Source: Candidatus Lambdaproteobacteria bacterium
GTDB taxonomy: Bacteria > SAR324 > JACQKK01
Assembly: GCA_016199125.1 (NCBI GenBank)
Contig: JACQHH010000011.1
Location: 1 to 43,013, forward strand
DNA: 43,013 nucleotides
Direction of reading: 5' to 3'
The notes beneath the pieces are model-generated. The model saw only the letters and a list, made by a program, of their open reading frames with translations, was not told where the DNA came from and ran no database searches. This document shows, piece after piece, positions 8,085 through 17,428 of the stretch. Made by a program: the position numbers and the translations under genes. How positions within the stretch are numbered: the first letter of the stretch is position 1; each line of letters starts with the position of its first letter.

Positions 8085-9422
8085 ATGGCTGGCGGACGCT
8101 ACCCCGATCCCGATTCGCGCTCGGCGCAGCTTCACCGGCGCGCCCAGCAGGTGCTGCCCGGGGGCAACAGCCGGCTCACCGTGTCCATGTCGCCCTATCC
8201 GGTCTATGCCCGGCAAGGCGCCGGCTTCCGCCTGGTGGACGAGGACGGCGTGGAGCGCATCGACTTCTACAACAACGCCACCTCGCTGATCCATGGCCAC
8301 GCGCACCCGGCCATCGTGGAGGCCGTCACGGCGCAGATCGCGCGCGGCACGGCCTTCGCCCATCCCACCGAGGCGGAGATCGCCCTGGCCGAACTGCTCT
8401 GCGCGCGGGCGCCGGGCTTCGAACAGGTGCGCTTCTGCAACTCGGGCACGGAGGCGGTGATGAACGCCATCAAGGCGGCGCGGGCCTTCACGGGCCGCCC
8501 GCGCATCGCCAAGTGCGAGGGAGTCTACCACGGCAGCTACGACCCGGTGGAGGTGAGCCTGGATTCCCCGCCGTCGGCCTGGGGCGTGCCCGATCCGCTG
8601 CCGGTCGCCTACGCCCGGGGCACGCCGCCCGGCGTGCTGCAGGGCGTGGTGGTGCTGCCCTTCAATGACACCGAACGCAGCCGGGCCCTGCTGGAGGCCG
8701 CGGCCGGGGAGCTGGCCGCCGTGGTGATCGACCTGCTGCCCAGCCGCCTGGGCATGGAGCTGGCCTCGCCGGAGTTCCTGGCCATGCTGCGCGAAGTGAC
8801 GCGGCGCCACGGCATCGTGCTCATCGTCGACGAGGTGATCAGCTTCCGTTCGGGGCCCACGGGCCTGCAGGGGGTGCTGGGCGTGCAGCCCGACCTGACG
8901 GCGCTGGGCAAGATCATCGGCGGCGGCTTTCCCGTGGGTGCCGTGGCCGGGCGGCGCGAGATCATGGCCATGTTCGATGCCGGAGCGGGCAAGGCCCCCC
9001 TGCCTCATGCGGGCACTTACAACGGCAATCCGGTGACCATGGTGGCCGGGCGCGCGGCCATGGAACTGCTCACGCCCGACGCCTTCGCGGCCCTCAACGC
9101 CCTGGGGGAGCACACGCGCGCGCTGCTGGAGGCGGTGCTGCGGGAAACCGGCACACCCGGCGCCGCCGCGGGGGTGGGGTCGCTGTTCATGCTGCGCCTG
9201 GGCGCTGCGCCGCCGGGCTACCGCAGCCAATACCCCACGCCGGAGCGGCAGGCACGCAAGCTGGCCCTGGCCCAACATCTGCTGGATCACGGCATCGCCA
9301 TGAATCCCTCGCTGATGGGCGCCATCTCCACGCCCATGACCCCCGCCCAGCCGGCGGCCCTCGCGGCGGCTGTGCGCAGCGGGCTGGCTCAGGCGGCGGC
9401 CCAGGCCCTGCCCCTGCCTTAG
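8085..9422 (+). CDS. class III aminotransferase, glutamate-1-semialdehyde 2,1-aminomutase-like
   Basis: Starts MAGGRYPD... Motifs LPGGNSR, FCNSGTEAVMNAIKAARAFTGR, LIVDEVISFR and LGKIIGGGFPVGA (PLP-binding Lys). Sequence upstream of 8085 in the track ORF looks non-coding. Confidence 0.85.
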   Translation: MAGGRYPDPDSRSAQLHRRAQQVLPGGNSRLTVSMSPYPVYARQGAGFRLVDEDGVERIDFYNNATSLIHGHAHPAIVEAVTAQIARGTAFAHPTEAEIALAELLCARAPGFEQVRFCNSGTEAVMNAIKAARAFTGRPRIAKCEGVYHGSYDPVEVSLDSPPSAWGVPDPLPVAYARGTPPGVLQGVVVLPFNDTERSRALLEAAAGELAAVVIDLLPSRLGMELASPEFLAMLREVTRRHGIVLIVDEVISFRSGPTGLQGVLGVQPDLTALGKIIGGGFPVGAVAGRREIMAMFDAGAGKAPLPHAGTYNGNPVTMVAGRAAMELLTPDAFAALNALGEHTRALLEAVLRETGTPGAAAGVGSLFMLRLGAAPPGYRSQYPTPERQARKLALAQHLLDHGIAMNPSLMGAISTPMTPAQPAALAAAVRSGLAQAAAQALPLP

Positions 9423-9644
9423 CGGCGTGCCGGTCGGCGCAGCGCCCCGGCGGCGCAGCGGTCACGCCATTGACAGCGGGCGCCGCATGGGGAATGAGGA
9501 AGCTGGACAAGCTATCGCGCGCTGCACGGCAGTGCATGCATGGGCGCGGGCACCGGACACCTCACGTTGCCGGCCCGTGCCGACCCGGGCGGAGGCCATC
9601 GGCATTCGATGGCGATCGCTCCGCCGCAACCACGGAGGCGTAAA

Positions 9645-10403
9645 ATGAGCATGGAAGGCAAAGTGGCCGTGATCACCGGCGCGGCACGCGGGCTGGGCGC
9701 GGCGTTCGCGCAGGAACTGAGCGGCATGGGCATGGCCGTGGTCGTATGCGATGTGCGCGACTGCGACGAGACCGCGGCGGCCGTGAAGAAAAGCGGTGGC
9801 AAGGCCCTCTCCTCCAAGGTGGACGTGACCAGCGCCGAGAGCGCCCAGGTCATGGCCGCGGCCGCCGTCAAGGCGTTCGGGCGCATCGACGTGCTGGTGA
9901 ACAATGCCGCCATGTACGGCAACCTGCACAACGGGCGCTTCACCGATCTGGACGAGCAGGAATGGGACGCCTGCATGGCCGTCAATGTGAAGGGCCTGTG
10001 GCAGTGCGCCAAGGCCTGCGTGCCGTCCATGCGCGAGCAGGGCGGCGGCAGCGTGATCAACATCAGCTCCCTGGCCGCCATCTTCGGCATGCCCAACGCC
10101 CTGCACTACGCCACCTCCAAGGGCGCCGTGATCGGCTTCACACGAGCCCTGGCGCGGGAGTTGGGCCGCGACAACATCCGCGTCAACGCCATCGCCCCGA
10201 GCATGGTGTGGACCCCCGGCACGCGCGAGATCATGGGCAACCAGGTGGATCGCTTTGCCGAGGTGGTGCGCAACGGGCAGACGTTGCGTCGCAACCTGGA
10301 GACCGACGACCTGGTGGGCACCGTGGCCTACCTGGCCGGCGACATGAGCAAATTCGTGACCGGCCAGACCATCATGGTCGACGGCGGCACGGTGTACCTG
10401 TAA
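9645..10403 (+). CDS. short-chain dehydrogenase/reductase (SDR), paralog 1
   Basis: GGAGG RBS then ATG 9645. TGAARGLG cofactor motif, NNAA, NISS, catalytic YATSK. Confidence 0.9.
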   Translation: MSMEGKVAVITGAARGLGAAFAQELSGMGMAVVVCDVRDCDETAAAVKKSGGKALSSKVDVTSAESAQVMAAAAVKAFGRIDVLVNNAAMYGNLHNGRFTDLDEQEWDACMAVNVKGLWQCAKACVPSMREQGGGSVINISSLAAIFGMPNALHYATSKGAVIGFTRALARELGRDNIRVNAIAPSMVWTPGTREIMGNQVDRFAEVVRNGQTLRRNLETDDLVGTVAYLAGDMSKFVTGQTIMVDGGTVYL

Positions 10404-10467
10404 CCCGGCCGCGCGTGCGGGAGACGGCCGCCGGCCGGCGGTGCCGGCGATGAGGGAGGGCGTGCGC

Positions 10468-11226
10468 ATGGAGCAGGCGCAGCGGGTGGCCATTGTCACC
10501 GGCGCGGCGCGGGGCCTGGGGGCGGGCTATGCCCAGGCCCTGGCCCAGGCCGGCTACGCCGTCACCGTCACGGACTTGCGGGACTGCGCCGCCACGCGCG
10601 AGTCCATTGCCGCGGCGGGCGGTCGCGTGCTGGCCCTGCACACCGATGTGACCCGCGCCGCCGACACCCGCGCCATGGCCGAGGCCACCGTGGCCGAGTT
10701 CGGCCGCATCGACGTGCTGGTCAACAACGCCGGCGCATTCAGCAACCTCACCAACAGCCGCTTCGAGAAGATCCGCGAGGAGGAGTGGGACCTGGCCTTT
10801 GCCGTCAACGTCAAGGGCCCCTGGCAGTGCGCCAAGGCCGTGGTGCCGCACATGCGCGCCGCGGGCGGCGGCAGCATCGTCAACATCAGCTCCATGGCCT
10901 CGGTCTTCGGGCGGCCCTTTTTCCTGCACTACGGAGCCTCCAAGGGCGCCGTGATCGGCCTCACGCGGGCCCTGGCGCGCGAGCTGGGCCGCGACAACAT
11001 CCGCGTCAACGCCATCGCCCCGGTGATGACCGACACCCCCGGCATGCGCGAGACGGTGGGCGAACACTTTGCCGAGCTGGCCGAGGCCACCCTCAAGAAC
11101 CAGTGCCTGCGCAAGACCCTGGAGGTGAGCGACCAAGTGGGCACGGTGCTCTACCTGGCCGGCGACATGAGCCGCTTCGTCACGGGCCAGACCCTGATGG
11201 TCGACGGCGGCACGGTGTTCCTGTAG
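10468..11226 (+). CDS. short-chain dehydrogenase/reductase (SDR), paralog 2
   Basis: GAGGGAGGG RBS then ATG 10468. TGAARGLG, NNAG, NISS, YGASK. Roughly half of residues are identical to the preceding SDR. Confidence 0.9.
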   Translation: MEQAQRVAIVTGAARGLGAGYAQALAQAGYAVTVTDLRDCAATRESIAAAGGRVLALHTDVTRAADTRAMAEATVAEFGRIDVLVNNAGAFSNLTNSRFEKIREEEWDLAFAVNVKGPWQCAKAVVPHMRAAGGGSIVNISSMASVFGRPFFLHYGASKGAVIGLTRALARELGRDNIRVNAIAPVMTDTPGMRETVGEHFAELAEATLKNQCLRKTLEVSDQVGTVLYLAGDMSRFVTGQTLMVDGGTVFL

Positions 11227-11372
11227 GGACCGCATGCCCATCCCTGCGGGGGCCCGTCGCGCCGGCGCGACCGGCTCCCGCACAGACGCTCTCGCTCCGG
11301 CACGCGGTGCGGGCCGCTGTGCGTTGAAGCGGAATCAAGGGAGTGGAAGATCGTTGAGCGGCACACGCCGAC

Positions 11373-12146
11373 TCATTTCGACCAGTCCGGAATCTGCTTG
11401 GCCTTGAAGGCGGCCATGCCCTGCTGCCCTTCGGGTCCCTCGAACTGGGCCTTGGCCACGGCGCTGGCGGCGCGCAGGCTGTCGGCGAAGCCCATGTGCG
11501 GCACGTCACGCAGAAAGCGCTTGGCCTGGGCGATGGCCCCCGGCCCGCAGGCGGCGATATTGTCCAGGGTCTCCTGCACGCCCGCGTCAAGCCCCTGCGG
11601 CGGCACGACGCGATGCACCAGGTGCACGGCCAGCGCCTTGGACGCGTCGAGCGTCTCGCCAGTGAGGATCATCTGCTTGCCGGAGCCCAGCAACTGCTTG
11701 TGCGCGAACAGCACGCAGATATAGGCCGGCACCAGGCCGTAGCGCACCTCGGTGAGCGTGAAGCGCGCCGTCTCCACCGCCACCGCCACGTCGCAGGCGG
11801 CCACCATGGTCACGCCGCCGCCGTAGCAGTTGCCCTGCACGCGCCCGATGATGGGCTTGGAGGCGTTCCACATGACCTCCATCAACTCGGCGAAGGGCGC
11901 CTGGTCGGTGGGCCGCGCCCCGCCGAAGGTGCGTCCACCGCCGCCCTTCAGGTCAGCCCCCGCGCAGAAGGTGGGTCCCGTGCCGGTGAGCACGATGGCG
12001 CGCACCGCCGGGTCGCCATCGGCGCGCCGCATGCCCTCGGTGAGCGCCTCGGTCATGCCCAGGTTGAGCGTGTTGTGATTCTGGGGCGCTTGCAGCGTGA
12101 TCCACGCGGCCTGCGCGCGAAGCTCGTAACCGATGTGCTCATTCAT
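11373..12146 (-). CDS. enoyl-CoA hydratase/isomerase (crotonase) family protein
   Basis: 257 aa. VRAIVLTGTGPTFCAGADLKGG oxyanion-hole motif and GRVQGNCYGGGVTMVAACD. Confidence 0.9.
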   Translation of the reverse strand: MNEHIGYELRAQAAWITLQAPQNHNTLNLGMTEALTEGMRRADGDPAVRAIVLTGTGPTFCAGADLKGGGGRTFGGARPTDQAPFAELMEVMWNASKPIIGRVQGNCYGGGVTMVAACDVAVAVETARFTLTEVRYGLVPAYICVLFAHKQLLGSGKQMILTGETLDASKALAVHLVHRVVPPQGLDAGVQETLDNIAACGPGAIAQAKRFLRDVPHMGFADSLRAASAVAKAQFEGPEGQQGMAAFKAKQIPDWSK

Positions 12147-12236
12147 GGATGTTCCTGAGGATAAACGCGCGAAACGATGGGCCTTGCAGCGGGCCGCGGA
12201 CGCCCGGTGATCGCAGCCCGCCGGCAGCCGCAGCGC

Positions 12237-12608
12237 CTAATCGATGGGCATCTCGTGTTCTTCGCTGAGCCAGATGGGCGAGTTGGCCAGGTCGATGAAG
12301 TTCTTCTCATCGGCAAGCATTTCCTTGCCGGCGGCCTTGCCCTCGGGCGTGCTGAAGGCCTTGTTCATCTCCTCGCGGCTGGGCCACCACATCTCCGCCA
12401 CGCCATCGAAGCCCTGCGGCGCCTTGCGCGAGCCGCGCAGCACGTCGTTGATGCGGTCCTCCAGCGCGTGCAGTTGCACGTAGCGCGCAACGCGCATGGC
12501 CTTGGCATTCTTCCGCGCCAGCGCCGCGTGGTGCCCGTGCCAATAGCTGAAGAACTCCTCGCGGGAAAGCTGGGGCAGGCGGCGGATGCAAAACGTGAGC
12601 TTGATCAT
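12237..12608 (-). CDS. EthD domain protein
   Basis: Starts MIKLTFCIRRLPQLSREEFFSYWHGHHAAL... and continues ...GFDGVAEMWW..., which resembles the EthD family. The track ORF N-terminus (to 12686) lacks coding character. Confidence 0.7.
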   Translation of the reverse strand: MIKLTFCIRRLPQLSREEFFSYWHGHHAALARKNAKAMRVARYVQLHALEDRINDVLRGSRKAPQGFDGVAEMWWPSREEMNKAFSTPEGKAAGKEMLADEKNFIDLANSPIWLSEEHEMPID

Positions 12609-12740
12609 GCGCAATGTCTCCGGAAAGGCGGCGGGGCGCCGGCGGCTCGCCCGCCAGGGCTCAGGCGCGGGGCACAACCGGAGCATGGCCCGGGCGGCGT
12701 GCAGCGCGAGGCCCGCAAGCCGGGGCCTTGGCGCCCGCGT

Positions 12741-13217
12741 TCAGCCGCCGTAGTTGGCGCCGATTTCCTTGAGCGTGAGAATGTCCGCGGCGCCGTGCAG
12801 CCGGGCCTCGGTGACCTCGCCCACGAACACGGAATGGTCGCCGCGCTCCACGATCTCGTGGATGGTGCCGGCCACGTAGCCGGCCGCGGCGGTGAGCACG
12901 GGACTGCCGTTGCCCGCCAGGGCAAACTCGAACCCGCCGATCATGTTGCCCTGCGGGGCCACGGGCTTGAAGAAGGCATAGGCCATGTCCTTCTGGCCGC
13001 TCTTGAGCATGCTCAAGGCGAATTGGCGGGTGGCCTTGAGCAGAGCGTGTCCGCCCGCATCGGCCTTGACGCCCAGCACCACCAGCGGCGGCGCGAAGGA
13101 CGCCTGGGTGACCCAGTTGATGGTGGCCATGCTCATCGCCTCGCCCTGCTTGGCGCCGAGCACGTACAGGCCATAGGGAATCATGCGCAGCACAGTCTTC
13201 TTTGCCGCCTCGTCCAT
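12741..13217 (-). CDS. flavin reductase (FMN-binding split-barrel) family protein
   Basis: MDEAAKKTVLRMIPYGLYVLGAKQGEAMSMATINWVTQASFAPPLVVLGV...GDHSVFVGEV fits the flavin reductase-like domain pattern. Only the last 158 codons of the 499-aa track ORF are used. Confidence 0.85.
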   Translation of the reverse strand: MDEAAKKTVLRMIPYGLYVLGAKQGEAMSMATINWVTQASFAPPLVVLGVKADAGGHALLKATRQFALSMLKSGQKDMAYAFFKPVAPQGNMIGGFEFALAGNGSPVLTAAAGYVAGTIHEIVERGDHSVFVGEVTEARLHGAADILTLKEIGANYGG

Positions 13218-13661
13218 GGGGCCCTTCTTCAGTCGTTGTCGGTGGCAAGGCCCTCGGGCCGGGGATGCGCGGCGCGGGCGTGCCCATTTGCGCCCAAGCG
13301 GCGGCGCGGGCCTTGTGCTTGTGCGCCCGAACGGCGGCGCGCCGGCGGCCCCGTCTGCGGGCCGCGTGAATGCTTCATCGATACCCGGAGCGCCGCGGAT
13401 CGGCAATCCCAAATTGCGCGCGGCGCCGCGCGGGGTCCCGGCGCCGCCGGGCCGCACTGGCCGCGGCGGGACGAGACGATTGCCTGGCATCCGGGCGGAT
13501 GGTACAGCTTGAGGCATGATCCGGCCGGGCGTGCTGCCCGCGCCGGCGGCGCATGCCACGACGCGCCACGCGCCAATCCCGGCCGGCCGCTCCGGCGGCT
13601 GTCCCCGCACGGCCCGGTGTCCATGCAATCGTCCTCCCCGCCCTGTTATCTCGAGTCGTTT

Positions 13662-14120
13662 ATGGAGCCCCTGCTCACGCCGGAAATCCGTTCCGCCATC
13701 GGCCGGTCCCTGCCGCCCTTGAAGGTGGAGGTGCACCGCAGCGACATCCGCAAGTACGCCGTGGCTACCGGCCAGCGCCTGCGCAAGTACACGGACGGCG
13801 ACGAGGCGCCGCCGCTGCTGCTCTTCGGGCTGTTCCGCCCGGTGGTGCCGCGCGAGCGCATGCGCCCGGACGGCATCCAGGAAGACACGGCGCTGATCCC
13901 GGTGTTGCCCCTCAAGCGCATCATGGCCGGCGGCGTGGAAACCGAATACCACCGGCCCATCCGCGCGGGCGACGTGCTGGTCGCCACGCAGCGCCTGGTG
14001 GAGCTCTACGAGAAGGAGGGCTCCTCCGGGCCGCTGATCTTCATCGTCACGGAAAATCGCGTGGAAACCGAGGCCGGGGATCTGGTGGCCGTGGAACGCA
14101 CCACGCGTATCGCACGCTAG
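13662..14120 (+). CDS. hotdog-fold protein, MaoC/FAS1-like dehydratase N-terminal-type subunit
   Basis: MEPLLTPEIRSAIGRSLPPLKVEVHRSDIRKYAVATGQ...RIMAGGVETEYHRPIRAGDVL... The stop lies 8 nt before the next hotdog gene, suggesting a coupled pair. Confidence 0.7.
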   Translation: MEPLLTPEIRSAIGRSLPPLKVEVHRSDIRKYAVATGQRLRKYTDGDEAPPLLLFGLFRPVVPRERMRPDGIQEDTALIPVLPLKRIMAGGVETEYHRPIRAGDVLVATQRLVELYEKEGSSGPLIFIVTENRVETEAGDLVAVERTTRIAR

Positions 14121-14127
14121 AGGAACC

Positions 14128-14541
14128 ATGCCCCAATTCGCCAAGCTCAAGGTGGGCGATGCACTGCCCGAACGCCGGCGCACCGCGGACACCGTGACGC
14201 TGTTCATGTTCAATGCGGCCATCTGGAATCCGCACCGCATCCACTACGATCATCCCTACACCACCGAGGTGGAGCACCATCCGGCCCTGCTCATCGACGG
14301 TCCGCTGATCGGGGACTGGCTCTCGCAGACGGTGCTGGAGTGGTTGGGCGAGGACGGGGAGCTGACGTTTTTCCGCTATTCCAACCGCAAGGCCGCCTAC
14401 GTGAACGACGAGGTGGTCACCGGCGGAAACGTTGCCGCGATCGACGCGGACAAACGGGAGGTCACGCTGAGCCTGTTCGTGCGGGACAAGGACGGCGACA
14501 ACATCACCCCCGGAGGAGCCCGGGTGCGGCTGCGGGCCTAG
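14128..14541 (+). CDS. MaoC-like (R)-specific enoyl-CoA hydratase/dehydratase subunit
   Basis: AGGAA RBS. FMFNAAIWNPHRIHYDHPYT...LLIDGPLIGDWLSQ fits the MaoC hydratase motif region. Confidence 0.8.
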   Translation: MPQFAKLKVGDALPERRRTADTVTLFMFNAAIWNPHRIHYDHPYTTEVEHHPALLIDGPLIGDWLSQTVLEWLGEDGELTFFRYSNRKAAYVNDEVVTGGNVAAIDADKREVTLSLFVRDKDGDNITPGGARVRLRA

Positions 14542-14783
14542 CGGCGCTCCCCGCATTGGGCACCACCATCCGGGGGCGGCAAAGGGCCGGCGGAGCATCC
14601 CCTGGCAACCCCATGCCTGGCTGAAGGCGCTTGGCAGCCATTGATCCCGCGTGGGCCGGCGCGGCCGCCGTGCAGGATCGCTTGGCGGAACCACGGTGCC
14701 CCCGGAATGATTCGGGTGCCCGGTGAACACCACCCTGATCTGCGCCGGGCAGAACCCGGCTGAATGGCCAGAGGGAGTGCGCT

Positions 14784-15764
14784 GTGAAAGCGGTGGTCTG
14801 CACGCGGTACGGAGCGCCGGATGTCCTTGAGCTGAGGGAGTGGCCAAAGCCCGTTCCCAAGGCGCATGAGGTACTCGTCAGGATTTGCGCGACGACCGTT
14901 GATATTGGCGATGCCCGCATGCGGGCGCTTCGCGTGCCGCGCGGTCTTGGCATTCCGTCGCGGCTGATGCTCGGCATCTTCAAGCCGCGCCATCCGGTTT
15001 TCGGATTCAATTGCGCCGGCGAGATCGAGACCGTCGGCAAGGACGTCACGAGATTCAAGCCGGGCGATCAGGTCGTTGCGTCTGCCGGTCTCAAATTCGG
15101 CTGCCATGCGGAATATCGGAGCATCCCTGAGGACGGCGCCATCGTGCTCAAGCCAGGCAACGTCAGCCATGAAGAAGCCGCCGCCCTGTGCTTCGGTGGC
15201 ATCACAGCGATGATCTTCTTCAAAAGCGGAGCTCTCAAGCGTGGAGAGACCGTGCTCATCAACGGGGCCTCGGGTGCGGTGGGCACCGCCGCGGTGCAGA
15301 TGGCAAAACATCTCGGGGCGGAGGTTACGGGCGTGTGTGGCGCGGGCCACGTGGAGCTGGTGCGCTCGCTCGGCGCCGATCACGTCATCGACTACACCAG
15401 GGAGGACTTCACCAAGAGCGGCGTGACCTATGACCTCATCATGGACAATGTCGGCAACGCGCCTTTTTCGCGCGTCAAGCATCTGCTCAAGCCGGGCGGG
15501 CGGTTTCTGATGGTCATTGGCGATCTGCTGCAAATGATCGATGCGCGCTTTCGTAAGCAGGTGATCAACCCGGACGAGGGCACTGCCGCGGAGGTCTTCA
15601 CCGCAGAGAACTACGCCTCCCTCATGGCGCTCGCCGGGCAGGGGCATCTCAAGGCCGTGATCGACTCGACCTTTCCTTTGGAGCGCATCGCCGAGGCGCA
15701 TGCGCGCGTCGATGGCGGGCACAAGACAGGCAGCGTCGTGATCACCATTGCGCCCCACGCCTGA
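14784..15764 (+). CDS. NAD(P)-dependent MDR-family oxidoreductase (quinone oxidoreductase / alcohol dehydrogenase superfamily)
   Basis: GTG start with AGGGAG RBS. MKAVVCTRYGAPDVLEL..., FKPGDQV, LINGASGAVGTAAVQMAK nucleotide-binding motif. Confidence 0.85.
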   Translation: MKAVVCTRYGAPDVLELREWPKPVPKAHEVLVRICATTVDIGDARMRALRVPRGLGIPSRLMLGIFKPRHPVFGFNCAGEIETVGKDVTRFKPGDQVVASAGLKFGCHAEYRSIPEDGAIVLKPGNVSHEEAAALCFGGITAMIFFKSGALKRGETVLINGASGAVGTAAVQMAKHLGAEVTGVCGAGHVELVRSLGADHVIDYTREDFTKSGVTYDLIMDNVGNAPFSRVKHLLKPGGRFLMVIGDLLQMIDARFRKQVINPDEGTAAEVFTAENYASLMALAGQGHLKAVIDSTFPLERIAEAHARVDGGHKTGSVVITIAPHA

Positions 15765-15871
15765 GCCCCACTGGCGCCGCGGCGCATGGCGCCCGGCGGC
15801 CCCACGCCCGCAGCCGCCGCCGCTCGACCACCGACACCCTGACATTCCCACATTGCACGCCACGGAGGGAC

Positions 15872-17410
15872 ATGGGGCCTGCGGACCGCGCGGAACGCCT
15901 GCGGCGCGAGCTGGTGCTGGGCGTGGTCATGGTGGGCACGTTCATGGCCATCCTGGACGTCACCATCGTCAACGTGGTGATTCCGCACATCATGACCTCC
16001 TTCGGCGTGGGCGTGGACGAGGTGAAGTGGGTCTCTACGGCCTTCATGATCTCCCAGGCCGTGGTGATGCCCGCCACCGGCTGGCTGGGGCAGCGCTTCG
16101 GGCTGGGGCGGCTGTACATCGCCGAGTTGTTGGTCTTCACGGCCGGCTCCATGCTCTGCGCCACGGCGTGGAGCCTGAACATGCTCATCTTCTCGCGGGC
16201 GTTGCAGGCCGTGGGTGCCGGCGGGATTCTCACCACCAGCCTGGCCATCATCACCGACACGTATCCACCCCAGGAGCGCGGGCGGGCCATGGGCATCTGG
16301 GGAGTGGGCTTCATGGTGGGCTCGGACCTGGGCCCCACCCTGGGCGGCTTGCTGAGCGACTGGTTCAACTGGCGCTCCGTGTTCGCGGTCAACCTGCCCA
16401 TCGGCGCCGTCGCGCTGATGTTCGCCGCGGTGGCCCTGCCGCCGGGCCGGCAGCATCGCGAGACGCCCTTCGATTTCCGCGGCTTCGCCGTGATGGCCGC
16501 GCTACTCGTCGTGGGGCTGCTGACGGTCGAGTACGGTCAGGAGCAGGGCTGGGACTCGGGCATCATTCAGCTCGGACTGGCCGGCACCGCGGCCCTGTCC
16601 GTGCTGTTCGTGGCGGTCATGTGGGGCGCGCCCCATCCGCTGCTGCCCCTGCGGCTGTTCCGCTCGCTGGATTTCAGCCTGGTGATGGTGATCGGGGTGA
16701 TCCGGGCCATCCCCATGTTCGTGCCGCTGTTCATGGTGCCGCTGTTTCTGCAGAACGTGCAGGGGCGCGACACGCTGGAAACGGGGCTGCTGCTGATTCC
16801 TTCGGCGGTCACGCAGATGGTGGCCATGCCCATCGTGGGCATCGCCACCGACCGCTTCGGCCCGCGCTGGCTGGTGGTCGCGGGCGTGGCGATGTCCGCC
16901 GCCTGCCTGTACTACTTCGGCGCGATGGATCCGCTCTCCGGGCGCTGGGCGGCCGTCTATCCCCAGTTCTGGCGGGGACTGGGCATCTCCATCCTCTTCT
17001 CGTCGGTGAACACGGCGGGGTTGAACTCGGTGCGCCAGTCCGATGCGGGCACGGCCTCGTGGATGCTGAGCCTGCTCATGTCGGCCTCCGGCGCGGTGAC
17101 CATCGCGCTGCTGGGCACGCTGCTGCACACGACCGTCATCACGCAGACCGATCTGCTGGGCACCGCCGCCGCCTTGCAGACCCCGCCGCCCATCGCGCTC
17201 ACCGCGGCCGCCAAGGCCCAGGGCTATTCGGAGCGCGAGGCGGTGGCCGTGGCGCGGAGCCTGTTGCAGCGCCAGATCGGGCAGCAGGCCACGGCGCGCG
17301 CGTTTCAGCACCAGTTCCTGCTCATGGCGGGGCTGACCCTGCTGGCGCTGCTACCCTCGCTGCTGCTCTCTTCCCGGCGCGAGCTGCTGGCCCGCGCGGG
17401 GCACGGGTAG
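15872..17410 (+). CDS. MFS transporter, DHA2 (EmrB/QacA-like, 14-TMS) family
   Basis: GGAGGG RBS. FMAILDVTIVNVVIP, GWLGQRFGLGR, RALQAVGAGG. 512 aa with about 14 hydrophobic spans. Confidence 0.9.
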   Translation: MGPADRAERLRRELVLGVVMVGTFMAILDVTIVNVVIPHIMTSFGVGVDEVKWVSTAFMISQAVVMPATGWLGQRFGLGRLYIAELLVFTAGSMLCATAWSLNMLIFSRALQAVGAGGILTTSLAIITDTYPPQERGRAMGIWGVGFMVGSDLGPTLGGLLSDWFNWRSVFAVNLPIGAVALMFAAVALPPGRQHRETPFDFRGFAVMAALLVVGLLTVEYGQEQGWDSGIIQLGLAGTAALSVLFVAVMWGAPHPLLPLRLFRSLDFSLVMVIGVIRAIPMFVPLFMVPLFLQNVQGRDTLETGLLLIPSAVTQMVAMPIVGIATDRFGPRWLVVAGVAMSAACLYYFGAMDPLSGRWAAVYPQFWRGLGISILFSSVNTAGLNSVRQSDAGTASWMLSLLMSASGAVTIALLGTLLHTTVITQTDLLGTAAALQTPPPIALTAAAKAQGYSEREAVAVARSLLQRQIGQQATARAFQHQFLLMAGLTLLALLPSLLLSSRRELLARAGHG

Positions 17411-17428
17411 AACGGTCCGCGGCATGCG

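Noticed and set aside
12177-14240. 647-aa (+) and 499-aa (-) ORFs overlapping each other across the flavin reductase / MaoC region.
   Set aside because: Only the C-terminal parts (13662..14120 plus strand, 12741..13217 minus strand) have recognisable domains and sensible starts. The remainder crosses the 445-nt intergenic region in non-coding-looking sequence.
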